Shown piece by piece: positions 15,771 to 27,090 of a DNA stretch of 51,347 bases. The stretch is from NCBI GenBank assembly GCA_016929755.1, contig JAFGIF010000260.1, positions 1 to 51,347 on the forward strand. Direction: 5' to 3'. Position numbers and translations under genes: made by a program. The first letter of the stretch is position 1, and every line of letters begins with the position of its first letter. The notes beneath the pieces were generated by a model that was given only the letters and a program-made list of their open reading frames with translations, did not search any database and was not told the origin of the DNA. This DNA comes from Deltaproteobacteria bacterium (lineage in GTDB: Bacteria > Desulfobacterota > Desulfomonilia > UBA1062).

Positions 15771-17154
15771 CTTTCAAGCTGCCCAGGATGCGTGAAGCTT
15801 CACGCAGGGATTCTCTGACATTATTCCTGGCAGTCCCGCCATAACTGGTCCTGCGGTCGACCGAGTTTTGGGGCGAGATGTATGTAAAAATGTCTTGTGC
15901 AAACATATCAGAAAACTTCTTGAATTCATCAAGGCTTGTTTGATCCAGTTGCTTGCCCTGATGCTCGAGATGGACGACCAGATTGCCGGTAATTTGATGG
16001 GCATCCCGGAAAGGCAACCCCTTTTCCACCAGATAATCGGCTATATCGGTGGCAGTGATAAAACCGGCTTGCAGTAATTTCTCGAGCACATCTGTTTTGA
16101 TGGAAAGCCCGTCCATGAGACCTCTCATCACCTCCAGGCTGGCCTTGAGAGTATCAATGGTCGTGAAAAGAGGCACCTTGTCCTCCTGCATATCCCGATT
16201 GTATGCCAGGGGAAGGCCTTTCATCATGGTCAGCAGGCTCACCAGATTGCCATACACGCTTCCCACCTTGCCTCTGACCAGTTCGGCCACATCGGGGTTC
16301 TTCTTCTGGGGCATAATGGAACTGCCGGTGCAATAGGCATCCGGGAGTTCGATAAAAGCAAATTCCTGCGAATTCCACAGGATAATCTCTTCAGCCAGAC
16401 GGCTCAGGTGCATCATGACCAGTGCCGCGGCAAAGACCACCTCAAGCACAAAATCGCGATCGCTGACCGCATCGATGGAATTGCGGCTGGGTGCATCAAA
16501 CCCCAGAGCAGAGGCAGTCATAAAACGATCGACTGGGTGGGGCGTACCGGCCAGTGCGGCGCTGCCCAGAGGGCTGACATTCACCCGCGCAAAAGTATCT
16601 GAAAAACGCTGATAGTCGCGGTAGAACATTTCAAAGTATGCCAGCAGATGATGGGCAAAGGATATCGGCTGGGCATGCTGCAGATGAGTCATGCCGGGAA
16701 CAAGTATATCCACATGAGCTTCAGCCTTTTCTGTAATCGTCTGCAGAAAGTCCATGAGCAGGGCTTTGATGCTGCGTATTTCATCACGCACATACATCCT
16801 GAGATCGGTAGCCACCTGATCATTTCGACTCCTGGCCGTATGCAGCTTCTTGCCGGCTTCCCCGATTCGCCTGGTGAGTTCAACCTCAATGTTCATGTGG
16901 ACGTCTTCGAGGGCCGGATCAAACTCAAAACTGCCGTTTTCAATATCCTCTCGGATTTTCTTTAAACCGCTGATGATTGCCGCACTCTCCTCCTCGGAAA
17001 GCAGACCTGTCGAAGCAAGCATTCCGGCATGGGCGATACTGCCCTCAATATCCTGGCGGTATAGACGTTTATCAAATGCTATTGATGCGCTGTAGTCTTC
17101 CACCAATTGGTTAATATTCTGTCGAAACCTGCCTGCCCACGGTTTTTCAGCCAT
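15760..17154 (-). CDS. argH: Argininosuccinate lyase
   Basis: 464 aa with the fumarate-lyase signature [12 protein letters not shown] and the N-terminal WAGRF. Confidence 0.95.
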   Translation of the reverse strand: MAEKPWAGRFRQNINQLVEDYSASIAFDKRLYRQDIEGSIAHAGMLASTGLLSEEESAAIISGLKKIREDIENGSFEFDPALEDVHMNIEVELTRRIGEAGKKLHTARSRNDQVATDLRMYVRDEIRSIKALLMDFLQTITEKAEAHVDILVPGMTHLQHAQPISFAHHLLAYFEMFYRDYQRFSDTFARVNVSPLGSAALAGTPHPVDRFMTASALGFDAPSRNSIDAVSDRDFVLEVVFAAALVMMHLSRLAEEIILWNSQEFAFIELPDAYCTGSSIMPQKKNPDVAELVRGKVGSVYGNLVSLLTMMKGLPLAYNRDMQEDKVPLFTTIDTLKASLEVMRGLMDGLSIKTDVLEKLLQAGFITATDIADYLVEKGLPFRDAHQITGNLVVHLEHQGKQLDQTSLDEFKKFSDMFAQDIFTYISPQNSVDRRTSYGGTARNNVRESLREASRILGSLKDEK

Positions 17155-18352
17155 CTTTCACCTGTGCGCGCATTCTCAGCCTGAGTGAATTCAGGCGGAT
17201 AAAGCCTTTCGCGTCTTTCTGATTATATACATCATCTTCTTCAAAGGTTGCCACTTGTGGATTGTAGAGAGATTTCGGTGCCCTGCGCCCGGTTACGATA
17301 CAGTTGCCTTTATAGAGCTTCAGCCTGACATCGCCGCTAACACCTCTCTGCGAATCATCGATCAGGAGCTGCAAAGCCTCTCTTTCAGGTGCAAACCAGT
17401 AGCCGTTATAGATCAGGGTAGCATAGCGCGGCATGAGTTCGTCACGCAAATGCATAAGTTCCCGATCCATGGTAATCTGTTCGATGGCACGGTGGGCAAC
17501 CTTCATAATCGTGCCGCCCGGGGTTTCATATACCCCTCTGGACTTCATGCCGACATAACGGTTCTCAACGATATCGACCCGGCCGATGCCATTTGCTCCC
17601 CCAAGTTCATTAAGCTTTGCAAGCAGCGCCGCCGGTGTCATTGGTGTTGCATTGATAGCTACCGGGTCACCGTCCCTGAATGATATTTCTATTTCCGTGG
17701 GTGTTTCGGGAGCATTCTCGGGCGAACAGGAAAGGACAAACATATCCTCATCCGGCGCGTTCCACAGATCCTCCAGGATTCCACCTTCAAAACTGATATG
17801 CAGCAAGTTGCGGTCCATGCTGTAAGGCTTTTTCTTGCTCACCGGAATATCGATTCCGTGCAAGGCTGCATAGTCAATCATCTTTTCCCGGGAGCGGAGT
17901 GTCCATTCATCCATCTTCCAGGGGGCGATTACTTTGATATCAGGTTCCAGTGCCCAGAAGGTGAGCTCGAAACGTACCTGATCGTTGCCTTTGCCGGTGG
18001 CCCCATGGGCCACATAGGAAGCGCCTTCTTCCCGGGCAATATCGATCATGCGCTTCGCGATCAGCGGTCGAGCCAGGGAGGTTCCCAGCAGGTACCAGCC
18101 CTCATAGGCCACATCCGCCCTGAAAGCCGGAAACACATAGTCTCTGACAAATTCCTCTGTGAGATCATCGATGTAAATTTTGGAGGCCCCGGTCTTTTTG
18201 GCCTTTTCCTCGAGTCCGTTGAGTTCTTCAGCCTGGCCGACATCCGCCGCATAGCAGACTACCTCATAGCCGAATTCGTCCTGCAGCCATTTGAGAATCA
18301 CCGATGTGTCAAGACCGCCTGAATACGCCAGTACAACCTTGTTCGTGTCCAT
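17147..18352 (-). CDS. argG: Argininosuccinate synthase
   Basis: [12 protein letters not shown]-binding motif and [13 protein letters not shown]. 401 aa. Confidence 0.95.
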   Translation of the reverse strand: MDTNKVVLAYSGGLDTSVILKWLQDEFGYEVVCYAADVGQAEELNGLEEKAKKTGASKIYIDDLTEEFVRDYVFPAFRADVAYEGWYLLGTSLARPLIAKRMIDIAREEGASYVAHGATGKGNDQVRFELTFWALEPDIKVIAPWKMDEWTLRSREKMIDYAALHGIDIPVSKKKPYSMDRNLLHISFEGGILEDLWNAPDEDMFVLSCSPENAPETPTEIEISFRDGDPVAINATPMTPAALLAKLNELGGANGIGRVDIVENRYVGMKSRGVYETPGGTIMKVAHRAIEQITMDRELMHLRDELMPRYATLIYNGYWFAPEREALQLLIDDSQRGVSGDVRLKLYKGNCIVTGRRAPKSLYNPQVATFEEDDVYNQKDAKGFIRLNSLRLRMRAQVKDG

Positions 18353-19515
18353 TATAACCCCTTTTCTTGTAATAGTTCGCTGATTATGCCTGTCGCCTGA
18401 TCGATCTCCTCCCGGGTGATTATGAGCGGAGGGACCAGGCGTATAATATGATCTTTGATGACATTGAGCAGAATGCCCTTTTCAAGCCCTGCTCGTGGCA
18501 AAAAAGAAATATCCGCTTCACATTCGACTCCCACCATAAGGCCCTGTCCTCGTATCTCCTTGATGCAGGAATGGGATTGCTTAAGCTCTTTCAGTTTGCT
18601 TTGCAGATAAAGCCCCTGCTGATGAGCCTTTTCGCTGATATCTTCCCGGATCATGGTCTCGAGGGTGGCCACGCCGCAGGCCATGGCAAGCGGGTTGCCG
18701 CCGAAGGTGGAGGCATGTGATCCGGGAGCAAAGGCCTCGGCTACAGCCGGCCTGGCCAGAACCGCTCCGGCCGGAAATCCGTTGGCAAGGGCCTTGGCCA
18801 GAGTCATAATATCCGGTACACACTCTTCATGCATATAGCCGAAAAGTTTGCCGGTCCTGCCCATACCGGTCTGAACTTCATCAAAGACCAGCAGCAGATC
18901 ATGCAAGTCACACAGTGCTCTTACCTTCTGCAAATAGCCCTGGGGCGGCACACGAATACCGCCTTCTCCCTGGATGGGCTCTATCATCACGGCCCCGACA
19001 GTTTCATCAATTGCTTCCTCGAGAGCATCTATGTCGCCATAGGCGACTTTTTTAAACCCGGCCGGAATCGGATCAAATCCCTTTCTGAACTTGTCCTGTC
19101 CGGTGGCAGCCACGGTGGCCAGAGTTCTCCCGTGGAACGAACCATCAAATGTCAGTATCTTGGCCCCGGATTTATTTTTGTTACTGCTAAAACGTCTCAC
19201 CAGTTTGATGGCAGCCTCGTTCGCCTCGGCCCCCGAATTACAGAAAAATGCTTTAGCCTCAAACGAATTTTCCGAAAGCATTCTCGCTAAAGTTTCCTGC
19301 TGGGGTATATGATAGAGATTGGAGCAGTGAAATAATTGTGCGGCCTGCTGTTGTAAAGCCGCCGCTACCACAGGATGTGCATGCCCGAGATTACACACTG
19401 CAATGCCCGCAACCATGTCGAGATAGGCCTTCCCGCCCTCATCCCAGACATGACAGCCCTTGCCCTTTACAAGATGCAACGGCAAAGGCGAATATGTCTC
19501 CATAAGATAATTCAT
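18352..19515 (-). CDS. argD: Acetylornithine aminotransferase
   Basis: Class-III aminotransferase ([35 protein letters not shown]) within an arg operon. Confidence 0.9.
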   Translation of the reverse strand: MNYLMETYSPLPLHLVKGKGCHVWDEGGKAYLDMVAGIAVCNLGHAHPVVAAALQQQAAQLFHCSNLYHIPQQETLARMLSENSFEAKAFFCNSGAEANEAAIKLVRRFSSNKNKSGAKILTFDGSFHGRTLATVAATGQDKFRKGFDPIPAGFKKVAYGDIDALEEAIDETVGAVMIEPIQGEGGIRVPPQGYLQKVRALCDLHDLLLVFDEVQTGMGRTGKLFGYMHEECVPDIMTLAKALANGFPAGAVLARPAVAEAFAPGSHASTFGGNPLAMACGVATLETMIREDISEKAHQQGLYLQSKLKELKQSHSCIKEIRGQGLMVGVECEADISFLPRAGLEKGILLNVIKDHIIRLVPPLIITREEIDQATGIISELLQEKGL

Positions 19516-19521
19516 TGCTTA

Positions 19522-20406
19522 TTATTCCTTTACGATTTGAGTTCCGATTCCTGAATCCGTCAGCAGTTCCAGCAATATCGAGTAGGGAGTTCTGCCGTCA
19601 ATGATATGCGCCTTCATTATTCCTTTTCCCAGACCGGTCCTGCAGCACTCAAGTTTGGGAATCATGCCGCCGCTGACTACCTTTTTATCAATCAATGTTT
19701 TTATATCATTATAATTCAGGCTTGATATGAGCCTGCCGTCCTGATCCAGAACACCCTTTTCGTCGGTCAGAATGATCAGCTTTTCGGCCTTGAGACTGCT
19801 TGCGATCTCTGCGGCCACCGTATCAGCGTTAATGTTATATGTTACCCCGTCATCGCCGACACCCAGAGGAGCAATCACTGCCACAAAACCGGCTTTCTCC
19901 AACGTTTCGATGATACCTGTATCAACTGCTGCAACTTCGCCCACCTGCCCCATGTCGACCAGGGCCTCTTCGCCATCTTCTATCGATGACCTGGAAAGAT
20001 AGAACTTTCTGGCCTTGATCAGAGAGCCATCCTTGCCGCTAAGCCCGACCGCCTTTCCTCCGTCACGATTGATCAGATTGACTATATCCTTGTTGACGCC
20101 TCCGGCCAGTACCATCTCAACCACGTCCATGGTCTTGTCATCGGTTATACGTTTGCCTTCATAAAAACTGGATTCTATTCCCATCTGCTTGAGAACCCGT
20201 CCGATCTGGGGCCCGCCGCCATGGACGACCACGACCTGAATTCCCACGTACTGCAGCAGGATAATCTGTCTGGCAAATATGCTCTTTAATTCCGGGTCAA
20301 CCATTGCATGACCGCCATACTTCACCACAATTCGCCTGCCCCTGAAATCCCTGATATAGGGTAGCGCTTCGACCAATATTTTTGCCCGTTGAACAGCCTG
20401 CTCCAT
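19522..20406 (-). CDS. argB: Acetylglutamate kinase
   Basis: I chose the ATG at 20406 (MEQAVQRAKILVEALPYIRDFRGRRIVVKYGG), which gives a normal-length ArgB with AAAGGA upstream. The 85-codon N-terminal extension in the ORF track has no ArgB counterpart. Confidence 0.9.
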   Translation of the reverse strand: MEQAVQRAKILVEALPYIRDFRGRRIVVKYGGHAMVDPELKSIFARQIILLQYVGIQVVVVHGGGPQIGRVLKQMGIESSFYEGKRITDDKTMDVVEMVLAGGVNKDIVNLINRDGGKAVGLSGKDGSLIKARKFYLSRSSIEDGEEALVDMGQVGEVAAVDTGIIETLEKAGFVAVIAPLGVGDDGVTYNINADTVAAEIASSLKAEKLIILTDEKGVLDQDGRLISSLNYNDIKTLIDKKVVSGGMIPKLECCRTGLGKGIMKAHIIDGRTPYSILLELLTDSGIGTQIVKE

Positions 20407-20635
20407 AGTTCGATCCTTTACATGAAAAAATGAATATTCCTTATTAGCACCCATAATCCATATATTCCAGTACTTTTCCACGATGTACCTGTGGATTGGA
20501 GTTAAAAACAAATGTTTTGGAACGTGTTTTTTCAGGCCTCGTCGCATTAGGCCGCCTACCTGCCAAGAATGCTCCCGAAACGAGCATAGCCCTGTTTTTG
20601 TGAACGTATCCATTTTGTCCTGAAATGAAAGGTTA

Positions 20636-20665
20636 TTGACATGGCCGCAATTTGCATGCAATAAT
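20636..20665 (+). promoter_or_regulatory. Candidate sigma70 promoter for the small membrane-protein gene
   Basis: TTGACA (20636-20641), an 18-nt spacer, then AATAAT (20660-20665). GGAGA lies 6 nt upstream of the GTG at 20686. Confidence 0.3.
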
Positions 20666-20685
20666 TCTACCTTCTGGAGAAAAAA

Positions 20686-20895
20686 GTGGATATTAACAGC
20701 ATACGGGACAATTCAAAAATCATTCTGATCGTTATCCTGATTGTTGCAGTGATTGTTTTTATTCTCCAGAATTTCGAACAGACTTCCTTTCAATTTCTGA
20801 TCTGGACAATCCTGACCGGGCCGAAATGGATTGTGATCAGCCTGACATTTCTTATCGGGATGGGGTTCGGGTATCTCCTCGCCAAAAAACGCTGA
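20686..20895 (+). CDS. Small two-TM membrane protein, LapA-domain/DUF1049-like
   Basis: 69 aa with a GTG start and two hydrophobic helices (IILIVILIVAVIVFIL and WIVISLTFLIGMGFGYLL), ending in AKKR. Confidence 0.5.
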   Translation: MDINSIRDNSKIILIVILIVAVIVFILQNFEQTSFQFLIWTILTGPKWIVISLTFLIGMGFGYLLAKKR

Positions 20896-20897
20896 AA

Positions 20898-22124
20898 CTA
20901 TCCCATTCTTTCAATGATTGCCTGCCCGAACTGCGAGCATTTAAGAAGCGTTGCCCCTTGCATCTGACGTTCGAAATCGTACGTAACCTGCTTGTCAATT
21001 ATCGCCCTCTCCAGGCCATCTCTCACCAGAGTAGCAGCATCTATCCACCCCAGATGATCTAGCATCATGGCCCCCGAGAGGATCAGCGATCCCGGATTCA
21101 CTTTGTCCTGGCCGGCATACTTGGGGGCTGTGCCGTGGGTGGCCTCAAAAAGAGCGGTCGGAATACCGATATTTGCGCCGGGTGCAATCCCGAGCCCGCC
21201 CACCTGGGCCGCCAGGGCATCGGAAATGAAATCGCCGATCAGATTCGGAACCGCCAGGACATCGTATTCGTCAGGACGCAGCAGCACCTGCTGGAACATT
21301 GAATCGGCAATGCGGTCATTTATCAGGATCTTGCCCTCGGGCACCTTGCCGTCGAACTCTTTCCAAAGCTCGTCTTCGGTGACGACATGATCGCGAAAAT
21401 CGTCCATGGCAAGCTCGTAGCCCCAATCACGGAAGGAGCCCTCAGTAAACTTCATGATATTACCCTTGTGCACGAGGGTGACTACCTTTTTGTCGTTTTG
21501 GAGGGCAAACTCGATCGCCATGCGCACGAGCCGCTTAGTGCCGGTAATCGATATGGGCTTGATGCCGATTCCCGAGTCGGAGCGGATGTTCGTGTTTAGC
21601 TCGGTATTAAGGTAATCAATGAGTTTGCCTGCTTCTACAGATCCCTGCTTCCATTCGATCCCGGCATAGACATCTTCGGTATTTTCACGAAATACGGTTA
21701 TATCCACCAGCTCAGGGCGTTTGACCGGGGAGGGTGTTCCCTGGTAATAGCGCACCGGCCTGACGCAGGCGAAGAGATCCAGAATCTGGCGCATGGACAC
21801 ATTCAAGCTCCTGATGCCACCACCCACCGGAGTCGTCAGAGGTCCTTTGATGCCGACAATATATTTTCTTAAGGCATCAAGGCTTTCCTGGGGCAGATAT
21901 TCACCTGACCGCTCATAGGCCTTCTGACCGGCATAGATTTCTTTCCATATAATTGCACGCTTTTTCTGGTAGGCCTTATCCACCGCGGCAGACAGAACCA
22001 TCTGTGTGGTTTTCCAGATATCGGGCCCGACGCCGTCGCCCTCGATAAATGGAATGATCGGAAAATCCGGTACAAGTAGTTTGCCATCGCTATATTCAAT
22101 CATTTTGCCGTGTAGTTCTGTCAT
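20898..22124 (-). CDS. icd: NADP-dependent isocitrate dehydrogenase
   Basis: 408 aa with [27 protein letters not shown] and [19 protein letters not shown], the typical prokaryotic ICDH motifs. Confidence 0.95.
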   Translation of the reverse strand: MTELHGKMIEYSDGKLLVPDFPIIPFIEGDGVGPDIWKTTQMVLSAAVDKAYQKKRAIIWKEIYAGQKAYERSGEYLPQESLDALRKYIVGIKGPLTTPVGGGIRSLNVSMRQILDLFACVRPVRYYQGTPSPVKRPELVDITVFRENTEDVYAGIEWKQGSVEAGKLIDYLNTELNTNIRSDSGIGIKPISITGTKRLVRMAIEFALQNDKKVVTLVHKGNIMKFTEGSFRDWGYELAMDDFRDHVVTEDELWKEFDGKVPEGKILINDRIADSMFQQVLLRPDEYDVLAVPNLIGDFISDALAAQVGGLGIAPGANIGIPTALFEATHGTAPKYAGQDKVNPGSLILSGAMMLDHLGWIDAATLVRDGLERAIIDKQVTYDFERQMQGATLLKCSQFGQAIIERMG

Positions 22125-22286
22125 GATAATGTCCTATATTATGTTATGTCTGGTTCTGGATTGTCTTCCTTCCCGATTGAAAAACCTCGTTGAAAGTTTT
22201 CTTAACGGTTCTCTATAGATGCCGGGCTCAATTCTTTTGGCGGAAATACAGCAGAACACCTTTTCCCCTAATTCCCTTTTGCCATA

Positions 22287-23105
22287 CTACTTTTTCCTCT
22301 TGGGAATAAACGCATCTTGCGGTAACTTTTCCGGTGCCGGCGCTCCAGCCTCCCGGCGGGCTTCGATTATTTCTTCCATGGTCATATTCCTGGGTATTTT
22401 CAGATCCTGTCCCGGATAGATAACCTTGGGATCTTTAATCTGATCCCGATTGGCCTTGTATATTAGCGGCCACATAAATGAATCATTATAGACTTCATGC
22501 CTGGCGGCTACACTTGGCAGGGAATCATCCTTATTGACTACATAGATGGTGGGGTATACTTCAAATATCTCTGTCTTGGCCTGTTTCTGGATTTCCTCGC
22601 GTTTTACTTCAATATCTTCTCCGAGTTTTTCCAGATGTTTCAGCTTTCCTTCTTCCGTCATCTGCCGTGCACTGGCGGCCTTATTGTAAAAATTTTCTTT
22701 TAAATCTTTTAATTCGCCTTCATCGCCATCAATATAGGCATTCTGAAGTTCGAGATATGCAACCAAAAGCTCGAATGACTCATGCGGGGCATATTCAAAG
22801 CCTTTCATGGCCAGGTTACTTTTAAGCTCTCTGGTAGCATGCGCCAAAATATTCTTGCCATTTTCCTCCAGGCTTTTGTTTACCTCTCCAGCGGAAACGG
22901 ATATGACGATATCTTCTTTTTCACTGTCTTGAGCAACCGCGACATTTTTAATCTCTTGTGGTGGCAGTGGACTCTGCGTTGCCTCTGTCTCTGCTTGTTT
23001 CTGGATAGGAGCCGCCGTATTGGATTCCCTTTCTACTCCGGTCCACAGCGTGATACAGCCCGCAATGGGCAACATCATGAAAATGCACACTATAATTCTT
23101 TTCAT
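22287..23105 (-). CDS. LysM domain-containing lipoprotein
   Basis: Signal plus lipobox MMLPIAGC. C-terminal LysM-like segment YVVNKDDSLPSVAARHEVYNDSFMWPLIYKANRDQIKDPKVIYPGQDLKIP. Confidence 0.75.
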   Translation of the reverse strand: MKRIIVCIFMMLPIAGCITLWTGVERESNTAAPIQKQAETEATQSPLPPQEIKNVAVAQDSEKEDIVISVSAGEVNKSLEENGKNILAHATRELKSNLAMKGFEYAPHESFELLVAYLELQNAYIDGDEGELKDLKENFYNKAASARQMTEEGKLKHLEKLGEDIEVKREEIQKQAKTEIFEVYPTIYVVNKDDSLPSVAARHEVYNDSFMWPLIYKANRDQIKDPKVIYPGQDLKIPRNMTMEEIIEARREAGAPAPEKLPQDAFIPKRKK

Positions 23106-23109
23106 GCCT

Positions 23110-24888
23110 TTACTTTATCACCTTTATGCCGAGTTCTGCAAGTTGAGCATTGTCAAGTGCTGAAGGTGCATCGGTCATCGCGCACGCGGCTTTCTGGGTT
23201 TTCGGAAACGCTATAACATCCCGCAGAGACGATGCACCGGCGAGCAGCATGACCAATCTATCAAACCCGAAAGCGATGCCCCCATGAGGAGGGGCTCCAT
23301 ACTTAAGTGCATCCAGGAGGAAACCGAATTTTCTGCGGGCTTCCGTCTCCGTTAACCCAATCGTGCTAAAAACCTTGCGCTGAATATCCTGATTGTGAAT
23401 ACGTATACTTCCTCCACCAACCTCATTGCCGTTAATAACCATATCGTAGGCCTGCGCCCTTACCTTTTGGGGCGCAGATTCCAAAAGATTGATGTCTTCA
23501 GGTTTCGGGGCGGTAAACGGATGATGAACCGAGACCAGACGCTGCTCTTCCCGGCTCCATTCCAGCAGCGGAAAATCCGTCACCCACAAAGCACTGTAGA
23601 TGTCATCAGGGATCATATCGAAACGCATGGCAAGATGATGTCTCAAGGCTGCCAGGCTCGCATTGGCCACATCTTCCTGATCAGCTATAAACAGAACCAT
23701 ATCACCCACGCTTAATCCCAGCCTGGTATTAACTGCCTGGATCTGTTCTTCACTCATAAACTTGCTCAGGCTTGAGTTCCAGCTGTTTTCAGTCACCCTT
23801 GCCCACAAAACCCCTTTGGCTCCATAATCAGCTACAACCGAACCAAGCCCATCCAGCTCTTTTCTGCTCAGGCTCGCAGGAGCCTTGACCGGTATGGCCT
23901 TTACGACACCACCATCAGAGAAAACTGCCGAAAACACCTTGAAATCACTTCCGGCCACGATATCCGATACATCTTTGAGCAGCATCTCATAGCGAGTGTC
24001 AGGACGGTCGCACCCATAGTCAGCCATGGCCTGATTATAGCTCAGGCGTTCAAAGGGACGAGACATCTCAACCCCGATGGTCTCTTTGAATATTGTAGCG
24101 ATCAGTCCTTCGGTTATTTCCATTATATCAGCTTCTTGAACGAATGACATTTCGATGTCAATCTGAGTGAATTCAGGCTGGCGGTCGGCGCGCAAATCTT
24201 CATCACGAAAACACTTTACAATCTGGTAATAGCGGTCAAAGCCTGAAATCATGAGTAATTGTTTGAATAGTTGCGGGGATTGAGGCAGGGCGTAAAACTC
24301 ACCGGGAAACACCCTGCTGGGTACCAGATAATCTCTGGCGCCTTCCGGGGTGCTCTTGGTCAACACCGGTGTCTCTACTTCAATAAAGCCGTTGTCATCC
24401 ATATACCTGCGCGAGGCTGCAGCAGCCCTGTGCCTGAGCATAATATTTCTCTGCAGGCCCGGTCGTCTCAAGTCAAGGTAACGATATTTGAGTCTGAGGG
24501 CATCGCTCACTTCCACCCCGTCTTCCACCACAAACGGGGGGGTGTCAGACTCATTCAGGATGCTCACGCCATGCGCATGCAGCTCGACATCACCGGTTGG
24601 CATGCTTGGATTGCGCATTTCTTCGGGTCTCATGGCAAGTTCGCCCATAACGGCAATACAGTATTCGGGTTTCAATGTATGCGCTATTGCGTGTACCTCC
24701 GGATGTGCTTCAGGATTGAATACGACCTGGCAGATGCCGCTACGGTCACGCAGGTCTATAAAGATCAACCCTCCCAGGTCTCTTCTTCTTTGCACCCATC
24801 CCAGCATACTGACCTGTAAGCCTGCCTCATGCTTGCCGACTTCGCCACAGTAATGGGTCCTTGCAAAAACTGTTCGACCAGAATTCAC
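23110..24888 (-). CDS. aspS: Aspartate--tRNA ligase
   Basis: 592 aa with RTHYCGE, FIDLRDRSG, class-II motifs (FRDEDLRADRQPEFTQID, GGGSIRIH) and GIAFGFDRL. GTG start overlapping the hisS stop (GTGA). Confidence 0.95.
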   Translation of the reverse strand: MNSGRTVFARTHYCGEVGKHEAGLQVSMLGWVQRRRDLGGLIFIDLRDRSGICQVVFNPEAHPEVHAIAHTLKPEYCIAVMGELAMRPEEMRNPSMPTGDVELHAHGVSILNESDTPPFVVEDGVEVSDALRLKYRYLDLRRPGLQRNIMLRHRAAAASRRYMDDNGFIEVETPVLTKSTPEGARDYLVPSRVFPGEFYALPQSPQLFKQLLMISGFDRYYQIVKCFRDEDLRADRQPEFTQIDIEMSFVQEADIMEITEGLIATIFKETIGVEMSRPFERLSYNQAMADYGCDRPDTRYEMLLKDVSDIVAGSDFKVFSAVFSDGGVVKAIPVKAPASLSRKELDGLGSVVADYGAKGVLWARVTENSWNSSLSKFMSEEQIQAVNTRLGLSVGDMVLFIADQEDVANASLAALRHHLAMRFDMIPDDIYSALWVTDFPLLEWSREEQRLVSVHHPFTAPKPEDINLLESAPQKVRAQAYDMVINGNEVGGGSIRIHNQDIQRKVFSTIGLTETEARRKFGFLLDALKYGAPPHGGIAFGFDRLVMLLAGASSLRDVIAFPKTQKAACAMTDAPSALDNAQLAELGIKVIK

Positions 24889-26147
24889 GAATATCCTCCT
24901 TGTTCTTCGAGTAAGCTGTACACTTTTTTGGCGACTTCATTCCTGGGCGCCTGGGTCTGAAAAGATGTTCGTAAATCCTTGAGGGTGACAACGCCCCGGG
25001 CGAGCTCATCTTCTCCTATAATGGCACAGACCGGATATTCAGACCTGCCTGCTCTTTTCATTTGAGCTTTGAAGCTCTTCTCCAGAACAGCTTCTGCCCT
25101 GAGATTGGCCGAGCGTAAATCGGACAACAGCTTGAGTGCCTCATGTTGGAGGCGCTCATCTCCGTGTATGACAACATAACAACCCTTGACATCCTCTGTT
25201 CTATCCTCAAGCAGCATAATAATACGTTCGATACCAAAAGCAAACCCGATCCCGGGCACATCAGGGCCGCCCAGTGTACTGATCAGCCCATCGTACCTGC
25301 CCCCGCCGGCAATGGCATTTTGTGAACCCAATCCAGAGGCCGTGAGTTCAAAGGTCGTACGGGTATAGTAATCGAGTCCCCGTACCAGCCGGGCATTCTT
25401 GGTATACGGGACCTGTAGAGATTTAAGTCCTTCCAACACACAGTGGTAATGACCCCGGCAGTCATCACATAGAAAATCCTCTATCGAAGGGGCATCGGCT
25501 ACGACCTGTTGGCAGGTGTCGGTTTTGCAATCGAGCACCCTCAGCGGGTTAGTATGCATCCTGCGTGAACAGTCTTCACATAAGACTGCCTGCTTATGCT
25601 CCAAAAAGGATTGGAGCTGCTGCATGAACACTTTTCTGCATGAAGCGCACCCTAAAGAGTTTATTTCCAGGCTCACATTGTTTAAGTCCAGCGCAGTTGC
25701 CAGTTCATAGGCCATGGCCAATGTTTCGGCATCACAGTACGGACCCTCCTCACCGAGGCGTTCAACGTTTATCTGGTGAAACTGGCGATATCTGCCCTTT
25801 TGCGGTCTCTCATAACGAAACATGGGCCCGATACTGTAGAGTTTCTGAATCGGGTCCTTGCCGAGCAAGCCATGCTCAATGACCGCCCTGAGTACCGAGG
25901 CTGTCGCCTCGGGTCTGAGGGTAATCGAGGCACCAGACTTGTCGCTGAAGGTATACATTTGTTTTTCCACAACATCGGTATCCTCACCAATACCACGCAG
26001 AAAAAGCTCGGTTCGCTCTAAAATCGGGGAGCGCAACTCGGCAAAGCCGTACAGATCGAAAATTCTTCGCGTTGTATCTTCAACGAAGTGCCATTTCCCT
26101 ATCTCTTCCGGGAGAATATCATTCATACCTCGGATTGCTTTCATCAA
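24885..26147 (-). CDS. hisS: Histidine--tRNA ligase
   Basis: AIRGMNDILP, LRPEATASV, FRYERPQKGRYRQFHQ and GGGRYDGL, the classical HisRS motifs. Confidence 0.95.
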   Translation of the reverse strand: MMKAIRGMNDILPEEIGKWHFVEDTTRRIFDLYGFAELRSPILERTELFLRGIGEDTDVVEKQMYTFSDKSGASITLRPEATASVLRAVIEHGLLGKDPIQKLYSIGPMFRYERPQKGRYRQFHQINVERLGEEGPYCDAETLAMAYELATALDLNNVSLEINSLGCASCRKVFMQQLQSFLEHKQAVLCEDCSRRMHTNPLRVLDCKTDTCQQVVADAPSIEDFLCDDCRGHYHCVLEGLKSLQVPYTKNARLVRGLDYYTRTTFELTASGLGSQNAIAGGGRYDGLISTLGGPDVPGIGFAFGIERIIMLLEDRTEDVKGCYVVIHGDERLQHEALKLLSDLRSANLRAEAVLEKSFKAQMKRAGRSEYPVCAIIGEDELARGVVTLKDLRTSFQTQAPRNEVAKKVYSLLEEQGGYS

Positions 26148-26202
26148 AACATACTACCTCCGAAAAAAGGCCCTCTTATACCATGCGACAGGCATTTGTC
26201 AA

Positions 26203-27081
26203 TCAAAGCCCCCTGGCCCATTCAGGGCGGAGCAAGCCTGATTTTTTATCGCCTAAGGCCATGTCGATCAGCTTTAGAATCTTTTGTTTGTCCTGTGGAA
26301 AATCTCCATGTATCGGGAGATAATTGGATGCGTGCTCTGTGCCGAAATGAGTGCCTTTGAGTTCCAGATCTTCCACAAACCACCTCAACTCCTGAAGGCT
26401 CTGGCGTTTGTCGAGCAACTTGAATCCATCTCCCATGATCTTGGTTTCATACACCTCGCTGAAGTGTCCCAGCATGAGGGTCAAGCAGGAAAGGAAGGAG
26501 GGATTGATCGCATTGACCACCTTGGCCGAATCCTTGGCATGTACAAAACTCCCATCCACGCCGCCCAGCCCGAGCAAAATAATCGTTGAAAGCCTCAATC
26601 CCGCATCCAGGGCCTTGCGGCCGGCCTCGATAATTTCGGCACTGCCGGCCCCCTTGCAGATCCTCTTGAGTAGATCATCATTGCCGGTTTCAATACCCAG
26701 ATAGAGCATGTCCAGTTTTCTCTTCCTGAGTGCCTTAAGGTTACTGATGGTCTTATCCTTGAAATTTGTCGGCCCGGCATAAATACCAACTCGTTCCAGT
26801 GAGCGGAATTTTTCATTAAGCAGTTCAAGTATCCTGATCAAAAATGGGGTTTCAACACCGAGCGCATCACCATCGGCCAGAAAAATCCTCCTGGTATCCG
26901 GTTGCAACCATGCCATTTCCAGCACATCTTTCTCTATCTCTTCCCATTTTCGGACCTGGTAGCGCTTGCTTTTATACATGCCGCAAAAAAGACACCTGTT
27001 CCACGAACAACCGAGCGTAATCTGAAATATCAGGGAATTTGCTTCGGATGGTGGCCTATACAAAGGCATATCGTACTGCAT
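26203..27081 (-). CDS. Radical SAM protein with CX4CX2C cluster motif (paralogue A)
   Basis: RPPSEANSLIFQITLGCSWNRCLFCGMY: C25, four residues, C30, two residues, C33 (nt 26983-27009). Also GIETGND and LLGLGG. Clear paralogue of 29412-30314. Confidence 0.8.
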   Translation of the reverse strand: MQYDMPLYRPPSEANSLIFQITLGCSWNRCLFCGMYKSKRYQVRKWEEIEKDVLEMAWLQPDTRRIFLADGDALGVETPFLIRILELLNEKFRSLERVGIYAGPTNFKDKTISNLKALRKRKLDMLYLGIETGNDDLLKRICKGAGSAEIIEAGRKALDAGLRLSTIILLGLGGVDGSFVHAKDSAKVVNAINPSFLSCLTLMLGHFSEVYETKIMGDGFKLLDKRQSLQELRWFVEDLELKGTHFGTEHASNYLPIHGDFPQDKQKILKLIDMALGDKKSGLLRPEWARGL

Positions 27082-27090
27082 ATGATCCTC

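Noticed and set aside
20428-20445. A possible ArgR (ARG box) operator, AATGAATATTCCTTATTA, just upstream of argB.
   Set aside because: Only the left half (TGAAT) matches the E. coli-type 18-bp consensus and the right half matches poorly. Whether this organism uses an ArgR with that motif is unknown to me.
20407-20661. The 85-codon N-terminal extension of the argB ORF (ORF-track start 20661).
   Set aside because: It has no counterpart in ArgB proteins. The internal ATG at 20406 gives the canonical N-terminus and has an SD-like AAAGGA. The extension is more likely the promoter/leader region shared with the divergent small gene.
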